From positions 1 through 60,690 of the forward strand of contig JBQGBZ010000063.1 in NCBI GenBank assembly GCA_052038215.1: DNA of 60,690 bases, read 5' to 3'. Origin of the DNA: Nitrososphaera sp. (GTDB taxonomy: Archaea; Thermoproteota; Nitrososphaeria; Nitrososphaerales; Nitrososphaeraceae). Under the pieces are notes generated by a model, which was given only the letters and a program-made list of their open reading frames with translations, did no database searches and had not been told where the DNA came from. Positions 28,810 through 39,445 of this stretch are shown one piece after another. Within the stretch, counting starts at the first letter, position 1; every line of letters starts with the position of its first letter. A program made the translations under genes and the position numbers.

Positions 28810-30498
28810 TTGGTTGAAATGACAGGAGCAAAAGCGTTGATTCAAGCCCTGGAGAAAGAGGGCGTAGACATAGTCTTCGGCCTTCCAGGAGGAGCGAACC
28901 TGCCAATATACGATGCCTTAGTAGATGCAAACTTTAGGCACATTCTAGTAAGGCACGAACAATCGGCCGCTCATATGGCAGATGGCTATGCCAGAATAAA
29001 GAGAAAGGCAGGGGTATGTTTTGCAACTTCAGGTCCAGGTGCCACAAATATCATTACAGGTATTGCTACTGCATATGCTGATTCTTCTCCAGTTGTAGCC
29101 GTAACTGGTCAGGTGCCGCTCGCCATGATAGGCAAGGATGCCTTCCAAGAAACAGACATCATAGCTGTGGCAAACCCTTGCACAAAATACTCATTCCAGC
29201 CAAGAGCCGCTTCCGAAATTCCAGAAGTTGTTAAGAAGGCAGTATACATTGCAGAGAGCGGCAGGCCTGGCCCAGTACTTGTTGATATTCCTAAGGATGT
29301 ACAACAAGCAACAGCTGATATGAAGTTTCCAGATCTTATCAAAGTTAGAGGCTATAATCCGAATGTAGAAGCGGACCTCTCAGAGATGGCCAGGGCAGTA
29401 GAGCTCTTGTTCAACGCTGAGCGGCCGATAATAATGGCAGGGGGCGGTGTAATTCTTTCAGGAGCTTTTTCAGAACTGCAGACGCTTGCAGAGCTTGTGA
29501 AGATACCGGTTGTGACTACCTTCAAAGGCAAGGGTGCATTCCCTGAGAACCACCCGCTTGCCATGGGACCGATTGGGATGCATGGCCACGCAGAAGCTAA
29601 CAAGATAATTCTTGAGGCAGACTGCATCGTGGCAATAGGTGCAAGATTTTCGGATAGATCTGTTGGCAAATTTGATGAGTTTGGTAAGGGTATGAGCATA
29701 ATCCATATGGATATCGACCCGGCGGAGATAGGAAAGAACAAGTCAGTAGATGTTGCGTTGGTAGGTGACGTAAAATCCTCACTTCGCACGCTTGTTAAGA
29801 TGTTCTCAAAGAAGATGATAAAAAGAGACTCAGATAGTCCATGGCTAAAGCGCAGGAAAGAGCTTATACAGTACTATGCTGAAACTCTCAAGGACTATCC
29901 AAGAGAGATAACAGCAAAAAAATCGCTCAAGAAATTGCGCGAATTGTTGCCAGCTAATGCGATAGTCACTACAGAAGTAGGCCAATGCCAGATGTGGGCA
30001 TCTCTGCACTTTGATGTGATAGCACCAGGTACATTCTTCAGCTCTACAGGTCTTGGCACGATGGGCTTTGGATTCCCGGCATCAATAGGAGCCAAAGCTG
30101 CCAGACCGGACGTTCCTGTGGTCGATATCGCTGGCGACGGATCGTTTAACATGACCGAAAACTCACTTGCAGTTTCGGTTCTTGATAAGCTGCCTGTAAT
30201 AGTATTCCTCATGAACAACTATATGCTTGGAATGGTAGCCCAATGGCAGCGCACATTTTACAATAGACGCTACAGTGGAGTACATCAATACCGCTGCCCC
30301 GATTATGTCAAGATAGCTGACGCATATGGCGCTCAAGGCATAAGAGCCGAATCGATGCATGAGCTTGAAAAAGCTATCAAAGGAGCACTCAAATCTGATG
30401 TAGCTACAGTAATAGACATCCCAATTGATCCTGAAGAAGACGTCTATCCATTTGTAGCACCTGGGACCGGTCTCAAGGATATGATTGTAGGAGCGTAA
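28810..30498 (+). CDS. ilvB: Acetolactate synthase large subunit
   Basis: FGLPGGA, RHEQ, TSGPGATN, AFQE, GDGSF..N TPP motif, GMVAQWQ. Confidence 0.97.
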   Translation: MVEMTGAKALIQALEKEGVDIVFGLPGGANLPIYDALVDANFRHILVRHEQSAAHMADGYARIKRKAGVCFATSGPGATNIITGIATAYADSSPVVAVTGQVPLAMIGKDAFQETDIIAVANPCTKYSFQPRAASEIPEVVKKAVYIAESGRPGPVLVDIPKDVQQATADMKFPDLIKVRGYNPNVEADLSEMARAVELLFNAERPIIMAGGGVILSGAFSELQTLAELVKIPVVTTFKGKGAFPENHPLAMGPIGMHGHAEANKIILEADCIVAIGARFSDRSVGKFDEFGKGMSIIHMDIDPAEIGKNKSVDVALVGDVKSSLRTLVKMFSKKMIKRDSDSPWLKRRKELIQYYAETLKDYPREITAKKSLKKLRELLPANAIVTTEVGQCQMWASLHFDVIAPGTFFSSTGLGTMGFGFPASIGAKAARPDVPVVDIAGDGSFNMTENSLAVSVLDKLPVIVFLMNNYMLGMVAQWQRTFYNRRYSGVHQYRCPDYVKIADAYGAQGIRAESMHELEKAIKGALKSDVATVIDIPIDPEEDVYPFVAPGTGLKDMIVGA

Positions 30499-30505
30499 TA
30501 GAAAA

Positions 30506-31021
30506 TTGTTTACAACTACGATTCAGAACGAATCATGGCATATTGTGTCTGCCCTCGTTGAGAACAAACCTGGTGTGCTATTCAGGGTCACTAACCTCTT
30601 CAGGGCACGTAGCTTTAACATAGAAAGCATTACAGTGGGATCAACTGAACAACAGGACCTATCTAGAATGACCATAACCACTAACAGTGATGAAAAGACA
30701 CTTGATCAGTTGGTAAAGCAGTTGCGCAAACTCATAGACGTTATAGAAGTAAAGGTACTTGACATGGACAAGACAGTATATCGCGAGCTTGCGCTTATCA
30801 AGATTAAGGCCGTTGATCCAACAACACGAAGTGAGATAGTTAACTATTCTACCATATTTCGAGGTAACATCTTAGATATCGACAAAGAGACAATAACAGT
30901 TGAGATAACCGGCACGCCAGATAAGATAGATGCATTTAAAAATCTAGTCGAGCATTATGGAATTGCGCAGTTGTCAAGAACTGGAGTTTCAGCTCTTCCA
31001 AGAGGTGGTGTAGAGAGTTGA
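30506..31021 (+). CDS. ilvN: Acetolactate synthase small (ACT) subunit
   Basis: VENKPGVL.RV..LFR.R.FNIESI, RELALIK, RTGVSAL. Confidence 0.95.
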   Translation: MFTTTIQNESWHIVSALVENKPGVLFRVTNLFRARSFNIESITVGSTEQQDLSRMTITTNSDEKTLDQLVKQLRKLIDVIEVKVLDMDKTVYRELALIKIKAVDPTTRSEIVNYSTIFRGNILDIDKETITVEITGTPDKIDAFKNLVEHYGIAQLSRTGVSALPRGGVES

Positions 31022-32550
31022 AGATGTCTAAAGAGTTGTCCAAAGATGCCGAAAGTGTTAAGATCTTCGATACTACTCTCAGAGATGGCGAGCAGACGCC
31101 TGGCGTGACAATAACTCCAGATCAGAAGATCCAGATTGCGACCCGGCTGGATGAACTTGGAGTCGATGCAATAGAGGCAGGGTTTCCAATAGTATCCCAT
31201 GGCGAGGTGCAGGCAATTAAGTCGATAGTAAAACAGGGATTGAAGGCCGAAATTTTTGGCCTTGCTCGTGCAAATCAGATCGACATTGATAGTGCTATCA
31301 AATGTGACTTAAAGTATATCCACACATTCATAGCAACTTCAGACATACATATGCAGTATAAGTTAAAGATGACGCGTCAGCAGGTCTTAGAGAAGGCAAT
31401 CATTGCAGTAGAATATGCTAAAAGGCATGGCTTACAGGTAGAATTTTCAGCAGAGGATGCTACGAGATCTGACAGGCAGTTCCTACTAAAGATATTCAAG
31501 GAGGTAGCACATGCTGGTGCAGATAGGCTAGACATACCTGATACTGTAGGCTATGCAACTCCACAATATATTGCAGACCTTGTGAAAGAGGTCAAGGAGG
31601 CTACAATGCTTCCAATAAGCGTCCACTGTCATGATGATTTCGGCTTTGCAGTTGCTAATTCGATAGCAGGTATAAACGCTGGCGCTGCATGTGCGCACGT
31701 CACCATAAACGGTCTCGGTGAGCGTGCTGGCAATGCGTCTCTTGAAGAATTTGTAATGGCGCTCCAATGCTTGTATGACAAAAAGCATAACATCAAGACA
31801 CAGTTGCTTTATGAAACTTCCAAGTTCGTTTCAAACACAATGGGCATAATCGTTCAGCCAAACAAGGCAATAATTGGTGAAAACGCCTTTGGACATGAGT
31901 CAGGGATACACACCCATGGTATCATCAGTAATCCACTTACCTACGAGCCCATAAGCCCTGAGCTTGTGGGTAGGAAAAGATGGCTCCAAGCTGGCAAGCA
32001 TGCTGGCGCACATGGCATCAAGGCGATGCTTGAAGAATTCGGTATCAAGCCTACTGACGAGCAGCTTCACATTATAGTGGAGAAGCAAAAGAACATTGCC
32101 GACAATGGCAAGCCTATTACTACATCGGAATTGTTATCAATAGCAGGTGGGGTGATGGATAACAACAAATTTGAAGAAAAATTCAAGCTCTATGACTTTC
32201 ATATCGTCACTGGGATGAATATTATACCGACCGCCGTGGTAAGGCTTAATGCCAACGGCAAGGATTTTATTGCATCAGACATCGGTGTTGGTCCAGTCGA
32301 TGCAGCGCTAAAAGCAATACAAAAGATATCTGGCGAGATGTCAAATGTCAAGATAAGAGAATATAGGCTTGACTCAATAACAGGAGGCTCGGATGCGCTT
32401 GCAGAAGTTACGGTGAAGGTTGAGGACAAGGAGGGGAACGTCGTATCTGCACGCAAGTCAGGCGAAGATATCGTGGTTGCATCTGTGCAAGCAATGATGG
32501 ATGCAATCAACAAAGTGCTGCTGAAGAAGGTTCTTTACTCTAAAAGTTAG
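31018..32550 (+). CDS. leuA: 2-isopropylmalate synthase / citramalate synthase family
   Basis: DTTLRDGEQ, HCHDD, GERAGN, HESGIH, C-terminal regulatory domain GPVDA; LeuA versus CimA not resolved. Confidence 0.88.
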   Translation: MKMSKELSKDAESVKIFDTTLRDGEQTPGVTITPDQKIQIATRLDELGVDAIEAGFPIVSHGEVQAIKSIVKQGLKAEIFGLARANQIDIDSAIKCDLKYIHTFIATSDIHMQYKLKMTRQQVLEKAIIAVEYAKRHGLQVEFSAEDATRSDRQFLLKIFKEVAHAGADRLDIPDTVGYATPQYIADLVKEVKEATMLPISVHCHDDFGFAVANSIAGINAGAACAHVTINGLGERAGNASLEEFVMALQCLYDKKHNIKTQLLYETSKFVSNTMGIIVQPNKAIIGENAFGHESGIHTHGIISNPLTYEPISPELVGRKRWLQAGKHAGAHGIKAMLEEFGIKPTDEQLHIIVEKQKNIADNGKPITTSELLSIAGGVMDNNKFEEKFKLYDFHIVTGMNIIPTAVVRLNANGKDFIASDIGVGPVDAALKAIQKISGEMSNVKIREYRLDSITGGSDALAEVTVKVEDKEGNVVSARKSGEDIVVASVQAMMDAINKVLLKKVLYSKS

Positions 32551-32577
32551 ATAGTATAACATCAAGATGATATTCAA

Positions 32578-33606
32578 TTGGCAAGGTATAGAATTTCCCT
32601 CATCAAAGGAGATGGCATTGGACCAGAGCAAGCGGCAGCAGCAAAAAAGATCCTTGAAACAATAAATGACAACTCCCATACAAAATTTGACATTCAAGAA
32701 GTCGAAGCTGGCGATAGTGCACTTGCCAAGTTTGGAAAAGCATTGCCAGAATCAGCACTAGATATTATGACGAAGTCGCAGGTCTGCCTGAAGGGGCCAG
32801 TTGGTGAGACTGCAGCCGATGTTATAATTGTTCTTCGCAGGATGTTTGACCTTTATGCAAACATCAGGCCAGCCAAGTCATATCCGAACATTCCAAGCCT
32901 CTCAAGCAACGTCGACCTTGTAACAGTGAGAGAAAATACAGAAGATGTATACCTTGGATGGGAGTTCAACACAGACGAAAAGACAGTTGTAGCGCTGAGA
33001 GTTACATCAGAGCGCGCCAGTAGAAGGATTGCGGAACATGCCTTTAAGATAGCGATGAGACGCAACAACAAGCATAGAGTAGTCGCAGTACACAAGGCCA
33101 ATGTCCTACGCAAAGGGGATGGGTTATTTTCTGCTGTGTGTAGGTCAGTTGCCAATAACTATCCAAAGATACAGTATAGCGAATTGTATGTTGATGCAGC
33201 GTCAATGAACTTAATCCGCAATCCGGAGGAATTTGATGTTATTGTTACCACAAACTTGTTTGGGGACATATTGTCTGATGAAGCCGCTCAGGTGGTAGGG
33301 GGGCTTGGCATGGGACCGGCTGCAAACATTGGAGACAAGTTTGCGCTCTTTGAACCAGTGCATGGAGCTGCATTTGACATTGCAGGAAAGAATGTTGCCA
33401 ACCCATCATCTATCCTTCTTTCTGCCAAGATGATGCTCGAATGGCTCTCAGATAAATATGACGACAAGAATGTAATGGCAGAAGCTAGACGGATAGAAGA
33501 TTCCATTGTCAGTATGCTCAAGCAGGATCAAAAGACAAAGGATATAGGCGGCAACCTTTCTACTACTGAATTTGCAGCGCTTGTTGCAGAGGGGATGTAT
33601 AACTAA
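32578..33606 (+). CDS. leuB: 3-isopropylmalate dehydrogenase family
   Basis: GDGIGPE, RENTE, HKANV, NLFGDILSD, EPVHGAAFDIAG. Confidence 0.88.
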   Translation: MARYRISLIKGDGIGPEQAAAAKKILETINDNSHTKFDIQEVEAGDSALAKFGKALPESALDIMTKSQVCLKGPVGETAADVIIVLRRMFDLYANIRPAKSYPNIPSLSSNVDLVTVRENTEDVYLGWEFNTDEKTVVALRVTSERASRRIAEHAFKIAMRRNNKHRVVAVHKANVLRKGDGLFSAVCRSVANNYPKIQYSELYVDAASMNLIRNPEEFDVIVTTNLFGDILSDEAAQVVGGLGMGPAANIGDKFALFEPVHGAAFDIAGKNVANPSSILLSAKMMLEWLSDKYDDKNVMAEARRIEDSIVSMLKQDQKTKDIGGNLSTTEFAALVAEGMYN

Positions 33607-33943
33607 TCTCTCGATTCAAACCTTCTAGCCGCTACAACCCTGACGCCAGCAGATAGACTAGTAATTGGGAGTTACAATATTGTCAATATTCATCCAATGC
33701 TTATGTAATAACAACTTCAGTACGGCTAACTCTGCAATATAGATATCACAATGAGGACTTCAGAGTTCAGAAATCAAGCAAGTAATTTAATCGATTCAAG
33801 AAGATGTTGCTCAGAGATGATACATTAGTATAATGCTGACGTAACTAGCACAGCCTATTGCTATCAGCAGTTTTATCTCCCTGACGACTAAAATATCAAA
33901 TATTTGGGTTTTTTAGAGAAATATCCCCGGAGGCTTCTTCCCA

Positions 33944-34333
33944 TTAAGAGCCTCTAGGCGCCCTTTTTTGCCACGCCATAAACATGAATATGAAAGGAAT
34001 AGTCATGACAGCAGTCGCTATCAAGACAGGCTGGAATGCACTTGGATTGACATCTATACCAGCGAGCTGCATGAAAGGCAGAGGGAATACAGTGAATAGC
34101 CAGAAAGCCACAATGATTCCTATTAGGTAGTAGTTCCTCTTCAAAAGAGTAGCGAATCCAAGCTTAACTATTTTTTTCCTGTCGCAGCTGATGCATTTAG
34201 TAGTATAGCCTGTTATGTCTGTTGGAACAGTGCATGATGTACATATTCTGCTTTGACAAAAGTAGCATTTTCTCTCAGCAAACCGCGAGCCACAAATGAC
34301 ACAGCGCTGTTGTTGTTGTTGTTGGTCTGCCAT
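33944..34333 (-). CDS. Cys-rich zinc-finger protein with two C-terminal TM helices
   Basis: CVIC..CYFC..ICTSC..CISC followed by two hydrophobic segments; start placed at MADQQQQ. Confidence 0.75.
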   Translation of the reverse strand: MADQQQQQQRCVICGSRFAERKCYFCQSRICTSCTVPTDITGYTTKCISCDRKKIVKLGFATLLKRNYYLIGIIVAFWLFTVFPLPFMQLAGIDVNPSAFQPVLIATAVMTIPFIFMFMAWQKRAPRGS

Positions 34334-34418
34334 TGTGCAACGATACATTACCATGATATTTCCAACAATATTACTGTATCCTGTGTAAAGCAAAATTTAA
34401 ATTTGCTAATCTTGACAG

Positions 34419-35699
34419 TTGGTAAGGGTTCAAAAAATTCCTACACTTAAACAGACATACACAGGATATGCTGCGAAGCTAATGCTAGAAGATGACACTG
34501 TTTTTGATGGGATCGGCTTTGGTTATCCATCGGCAATAGCCGGTGAAGTGGTGTTCAATACGGGTATGGTCGGTTATACTGAAACTCTGACGGATCCTTC
34601 TTACAGGGGCCAGATATTGTGTCTTACATATCCGCTTGTGGGTAATTATGGCGTCCCAAGTTATGACATAAAGGACGAACATGGTCTGCCCAAATTCTTT
34701 GAATCAGACAGAATCCAGGTCAAAGGCCTGCTTATTCACGATCTTTCTGACATTGCAAGTCACTGGAGCTGCATAAAGACACTCGATCAATGGCTTTATG
34801 AAGAAAAGGTGCCAGGGATCTATAATATCGACACAAGGGAGCTGACTAAAAAGCTAAGAGAGCACGGCGTTATGATGGGCGCAATTGTTGTGTCTGAAAA
34901 TACTATTAATCAATCTCGCCTGAGAAAGATGCTTGCAAATGCTAAGTATGAGGGATTAAACTTTATGTCAGAGGTTTCGACAAAGCGGGTTCAAGAATAT
35001 GGTGACAAGAGTAAGGACTGCGTCGTGGTGCTTGACACAGGCGTGAAATATAGTATCATACGCAATATCATGCGGACGGGATATAGGGTTATCCAGCTGC
35101 CCTGGCATGCAACGTATGAGCAAATAATGTCATATAACCCAAGAGGGGTAGTGATAAGCAATGGTCCAGGCGACCCCAAGGTCTGCACTAGCACAATTAA
35201 GACTGTTTCTAAGCTCATCAACACATCTACTCCGACTCTAGGCATCTGTTTGGGCAACCAGATCCTTGCGCTTGCGGGTGGCGCAAACACTTACAAGTTG
35301 AGGTTCGGTCACAGAGGTCAGAATAAGCCATGCTTGAATAAGCATAACAACCAAGTATACGTAACTAGCCAGAACCATGGCTACGGAATTGACCCAAAGA
35401 GCCTCTCCAATACAGGCTTTAAAGTTTGGTTCTCAAATGCTGACGACAATACTGTTGAAGGGCTTGAGCACAAGAACAAACCGATAATTGCGGTCCAGTT
35501 TCATCCTGAAGCATCACCGGGTCCCTATGATTGTATGTTTGTGTTTGACAGGTTTAGGGAAATTATTGCCACAGACATGAGAGATAGAACAGACGCAATA
35601 GAAGCTGCGGAGCAGCAGCCTGTGAAAAGTACAACAACATCATTGAAAAAATTTGTAGCGAATAAAAAAATAGGGGGGGGAAAGATCGGCAAGAAATGA
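34419..35699 (+). CDS. carA: Carbamoyl-phosphate synthase small subunit
   Basis: GEVVFNTGMVGY, TDPSY.GQ, SNGPGDP, GICLG.Q, QFHPEA. Confidence 0.97.
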   Translation: MVRVQKIPTLKQTYTGYAAKLMLEDDTVFDGIGFGYPSAIAGEVVFNTGMVGYTETLTDPSYRGQILCLTYPLVGNYGVPSYDIKDEHGLPKFFESDRIQVKGLLIHDLSDIASHWSCIKTLDQWLYEEKVPGIYNIDTRELTKKLREHGVMMGAIVVSENTINQSRLRKMLANAKYEGLNFMSEVSTKRVQEYGDKSKDCVVVLDTGVKYSIIRNIMRTGYRVIQLPWHATYEQIMSYNPRGVVISNGPGDPKVCTSTIKTVSKLINTSTPTLGICLGNQILALAGGANTYKLRFGHRGQNKPCLNKHNNQVYVTSQNHGYGIDPKSLSNTGFKVWFSNADDNTVEGLEHKNKPIIAVQFHPEASPGPYDCMFVFDRFREIIATDMRDRTDAIEAAEQQPVKSTTTSLKKFVANKKIGGGKIGKK

Positions 35700-38600
35700 A
35701 ACAATAAAGAAAGTTCTCGTTCTCGGAAGCGGGGCAATCAAGATTGGAGAGGCGGGCGAAAGCCAGCAATAATAACTGGCCGCAAATTCGACTACTCCGG
35801 TTCCCAATGCCTCAAGGCACTCGCTGAGGAAGAAATAAAGAGTATTCTAATAAATCCTAACATTGCGACGATTCAGACCGACACTCGTTTTGCAGATAAA
35901 GTATACCCTATTCCAATTAACACAAGCTACGTTGAAAGAGTTATCGAGGCAGAGCGGCCTGATTCAATAATGTTGGGGTTTGGAGGTCAGACTGCCCTAA
36001 ACTGTGGTGTCTCACTTTATGAGCAAGGCATCTTACAAAAATATAACATAAGGGTTCTTGGCACCCCTATCAAGGGTATCAACATCACTGAAGACAGACA
36101 ACGGTTCAAGGAAGCTATGATAAAGAGCGACGTGCCAGTGCTACAGAGTTTTGCGGTCAATTCACTGCAAGAAGCTTTCAGGGCAGCCAAAGACATTGGC
36201 TACCCAGTCATCATTAGGGTAGCGTACACGTTGGGAGGTAGGGGTGGAGGTGTTGCACACAATGAATATGAACTACAGGAAATTGTGCAGAGGGGTCTTA
36301 ACCTCAGCATGGTACATCAAGTTTTGATAGAGCGCTATGTCGGGCACTGGAAGCAAATTGAATACGAAGTTATGCGTGATTACATTGGGAACAGTGTGAT
36401 TGTATGCAATATGGAAAATGTACTTGCAATGCGTGTTCACACTGGCGATAACATAGTCATTGCGCCATCTCAGACCCTCAATAACTATGAGTATCACATG
36501 CTGCGCTCAGCTGCCATCAGGGGAACCAGCTACTGCGACATTGTTGGAGAGTGCAACATCCAGTTTTGCCTTGACCCTACATCAGAACAGTTCGCTGCTA
36601 TCGAAATAAATGCAAGGCTATCTCGATCATCGGCCCTTGCAAGTAAGGCAACCGGTTACCCTCTTGCGTACATGGCGGCCAAGATTGCCCTAGGGTATTC
36701 ATTGCCAGAACTCATTAACAAGATCACCAAAGTTACGACGGCATGCTTTGAGCCATCACTTGATTATGTTGTACTCAAAATGCCACGATGGGATTTTTCG
36801 AAGTTTGAACTTGTTAAGCGTAAGCTTGGTACCACAATGAAGTCGGTTGGCGAAGTAATGGCTATTGGCAGAACCTTTGAAGAAGTGGTGCAAAAGGCGA
36901 TTAGGATGTGTGACATAGGCAAAGACGGCCTTGTCACAAATTCAAATTCAAATCTGGCACATCAGTCCAAAGCAGAAGATGTTGAGAGGATCGAGCAGGC
37001 GCTTATACATCCAACAGACGAGATCATATTTGCACTAGTCGAGTCCATAAAGGCAGGATTGACTATCGCACGCATCAATCAGTTGTCAGGAATCGATCCA
37101 TGGTTTTTGCTCAAAATAAAAAATATAGTCGATATGGAAGATGAGATCGGACGTAAATCCAATAGCTTTGATGAGCAGCTCATAAAGAAGGCAAAAAAAA
37201 TGGGATTTTCAGACAAACAGCTTGCCCGCTGTCTCAATCTTGAAGAAATGCAAGTTCGTAATCTGCGACAGAAATTTAACATCAGGCCAGTCGTAAAGCA
37301 GATAGACACTTTGGCTGCTGAATGGCCAGCCAAGACTAACTACCTCTATTTGTCCTACGGAGGTGAGACTGACGATATCAGAGTAAAGGACAGCAACAGG
37401 AGTAGGATGATAGTGCTTGGCGCTGGCCCATACAGGATCGGAAGTAGCGTCGAATTTGACTGGGGAACTGTCAACACAGTTTGGGCCCTCAAAGAAAATG
37501 GTGTCAAGGAAATTTCAGTTATCAATTGCAACCCGGAAACTGTCTCAACTGACTATGATATTTGCGACAGGCTTTACTTCGAAGAGTTGACACTAGAACG
37601 TGTGCTAGACATCTGTGAGAAAGAAAGGCCAACAGGAGTAGTCACATGTGTTGGAGGTCAGACTGCAAACAACCTAACACCCAAGTTGGCAAAATGCGGT
37701 ATCAATATTGTCGGCACGAGTAGCGAAAATGTTGATAAAGCCGAAGACAGGTCCAAGTTTGGACAGCTGCTTGATTCACTCAAGATAAAGCAGCCAGCAT
37801 GGAGAAAATTCACATCACTTGCTGAAGCTAAGGAATTTGCGGACACTGTGGGTTATCCAGTGCTTGTCAGACCATCCTATGTACTTTCAGGCGCAGCAAT
37901 GAAGGTAGTATGGGGCGAGCAGCAGCTTGAGGGATTTTTAACTGACGCAACAAACATCAGCCCTGATCATCCAGTCGTTATCAGTAAGTTTCTCCAGGAT
38001 GCTGCAGAAGTCGAAGTAGATGCAGTGTCAGACAGCAACGAAGTTATCATTGGCTCTATTATCGAGCACATTGACAATGCCGGTGTCCATTCAGGCGACG
38101 CAATGATGAGTATACCCCCTTGGAGGCTTGACAGGAAGACAATTGACACAATCACAGACTACAGCGTCAAGATAGGAAAGGCCCTTAAAGTCAAAGGTCC
38201 TTTTAATATTCAGTACCTCATTAAGGATGAAGAAGTGCTTGTAATAGAGGCAAATGTTAGGGCATCTCGCTCGATGCCTTTTGTATCCAAGTTTGTGGGC
38301 TATAACATCATCAACCTTGCTGCAAAAGCAATGATTGGTAAACAGCTTCCGCCCACTGCCAGAGACCGTTGGCTCAAGGCTACAGGTTTTGGAATCAAAG
38401 TGCCTCAGTTCTCATTCATGCAGCTTGAAGGTTCAGATGTTGTGCTTGGAGTAGAGATGCAGTCAACTGGCGAAGTTGCATGCTTTGGCAATAGTTTCTA
38501 TGATGCATTATCTAAAGCGTACATGGCAGCCGGCTATTCTCTGCCACTTTCAGGATCGGCACTAATAACCGTGGGGGGACAAAAGAACAAGGAGAAATTA

Positions 38601-38981
38601 CTGCCTATAATATCGCTCATTACCTCGATGAACTATCGGATTATGGCTACCGAGCATACAGCAGAATTCATAGAAAATAATAATTTTAAGGACACACAAC
38701 TCGTCTATAAGATAAGTGAACCGGATCGCACGCCCAATATTGCGGATCTACTGTACGAACGTAAGATCAACTTTATCATAAACATTCCAGCCACATCTAC
38801 GATCGAAAAGTATGTAGGCATGTTATATGATGAGTACCAAATAAGAAGAAAAGCAGTTGAAATGGGCATACCCGTTTTAACAACATTTGAAGCAGCAAGT
38901 TCGTTTATCAAGACACTCCAATGGCTCCGTGATAATACCCCTACGGTGGTGCCGCTTAAAAACTACGCCAATTTGGAATAA
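35686..38981 (+). CDS. carB: Carbamoyl-phosphate synthase large subunit; join(35686..35760,35787..38981), about 1089 aa
   Basis: The N-terminus xARNETIKKVLVLGSGAIKIGEAGE lies in a different frame from FDYSGSQCLKAL...; the ORF-track 1003-aa ORF is N-terminally truncated; the expected start position reads TCG. Confidence 0.92.
35761..35786 (+). other. Candidate bulge-helix-bulge mRNA intron (26 nt) in carB
   Basis: AGCCAGCAATAATAACTGGCCGCAAA sits between GAA and TTC codons; GCCAG/CTGGC stem; in-frame TAA TAA; removal restores the frame and the GEFDYSG motif. Confidence 0.75.
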
Positions 38982-39240
38982 CTAGAAGTACCAGAAAACT
39001 TAGATCATAACCTCATGGCATAAGCTATATTATTTTATTAATCTTCTGTCTTATCTCACAATTAGGTTCAATCTTGTCTAACATAATGTCAGACAATCGT
39101 GGCCCTTTATAATCAACCGCTTTTTATATGGGAAGGATGACGGACATGCTGTAGTCGCAGCAGCGATTACAAATTTGCAATCAGCTAGCTCGTCACCACC
39201 ATTATCATCACCGCTATCTGTAACAAAATCAAAAGCAAAA

Positions 39241-39432
39241 TCAACAAAAGCAACAGTAAAAGCAGTAAATCAAAATCAGTCGGATATGCCTCAATTTATG
39301 CAACTTACTTGCATTAACTATTATGCCGGGGCAGCATGTCAAGTGGTTCTCGATTGTTCTAGCGAACTTTAGCTTTTTGCCGCATATGCCACAGCAGTGT
39401 TTTATATAATATCCACTATGATAGTCCTGCAA
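39241..39432 (-). CDS. Possible small zinc-finger protein
   Basis: CGICGKKLKFARTIENHLTC resembles a C2HC/C2H2 finger; a competing ORF lies on the opposite strand. Confidence 0.3.
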   Translation of the reverse strand: MQDYHSGYYIKHCCGICGKKLKFARTIENHLTCCPGIIVNASKLHKLRHIRLILIYCFYCCFC

Positions 39433-39445
39433 AAAACAAACGACT

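Noticed and set aside
33607-33943. Possible decayed membrane-protein fragment on the minus strand
   Set aside because: Too short and interrupted to support.
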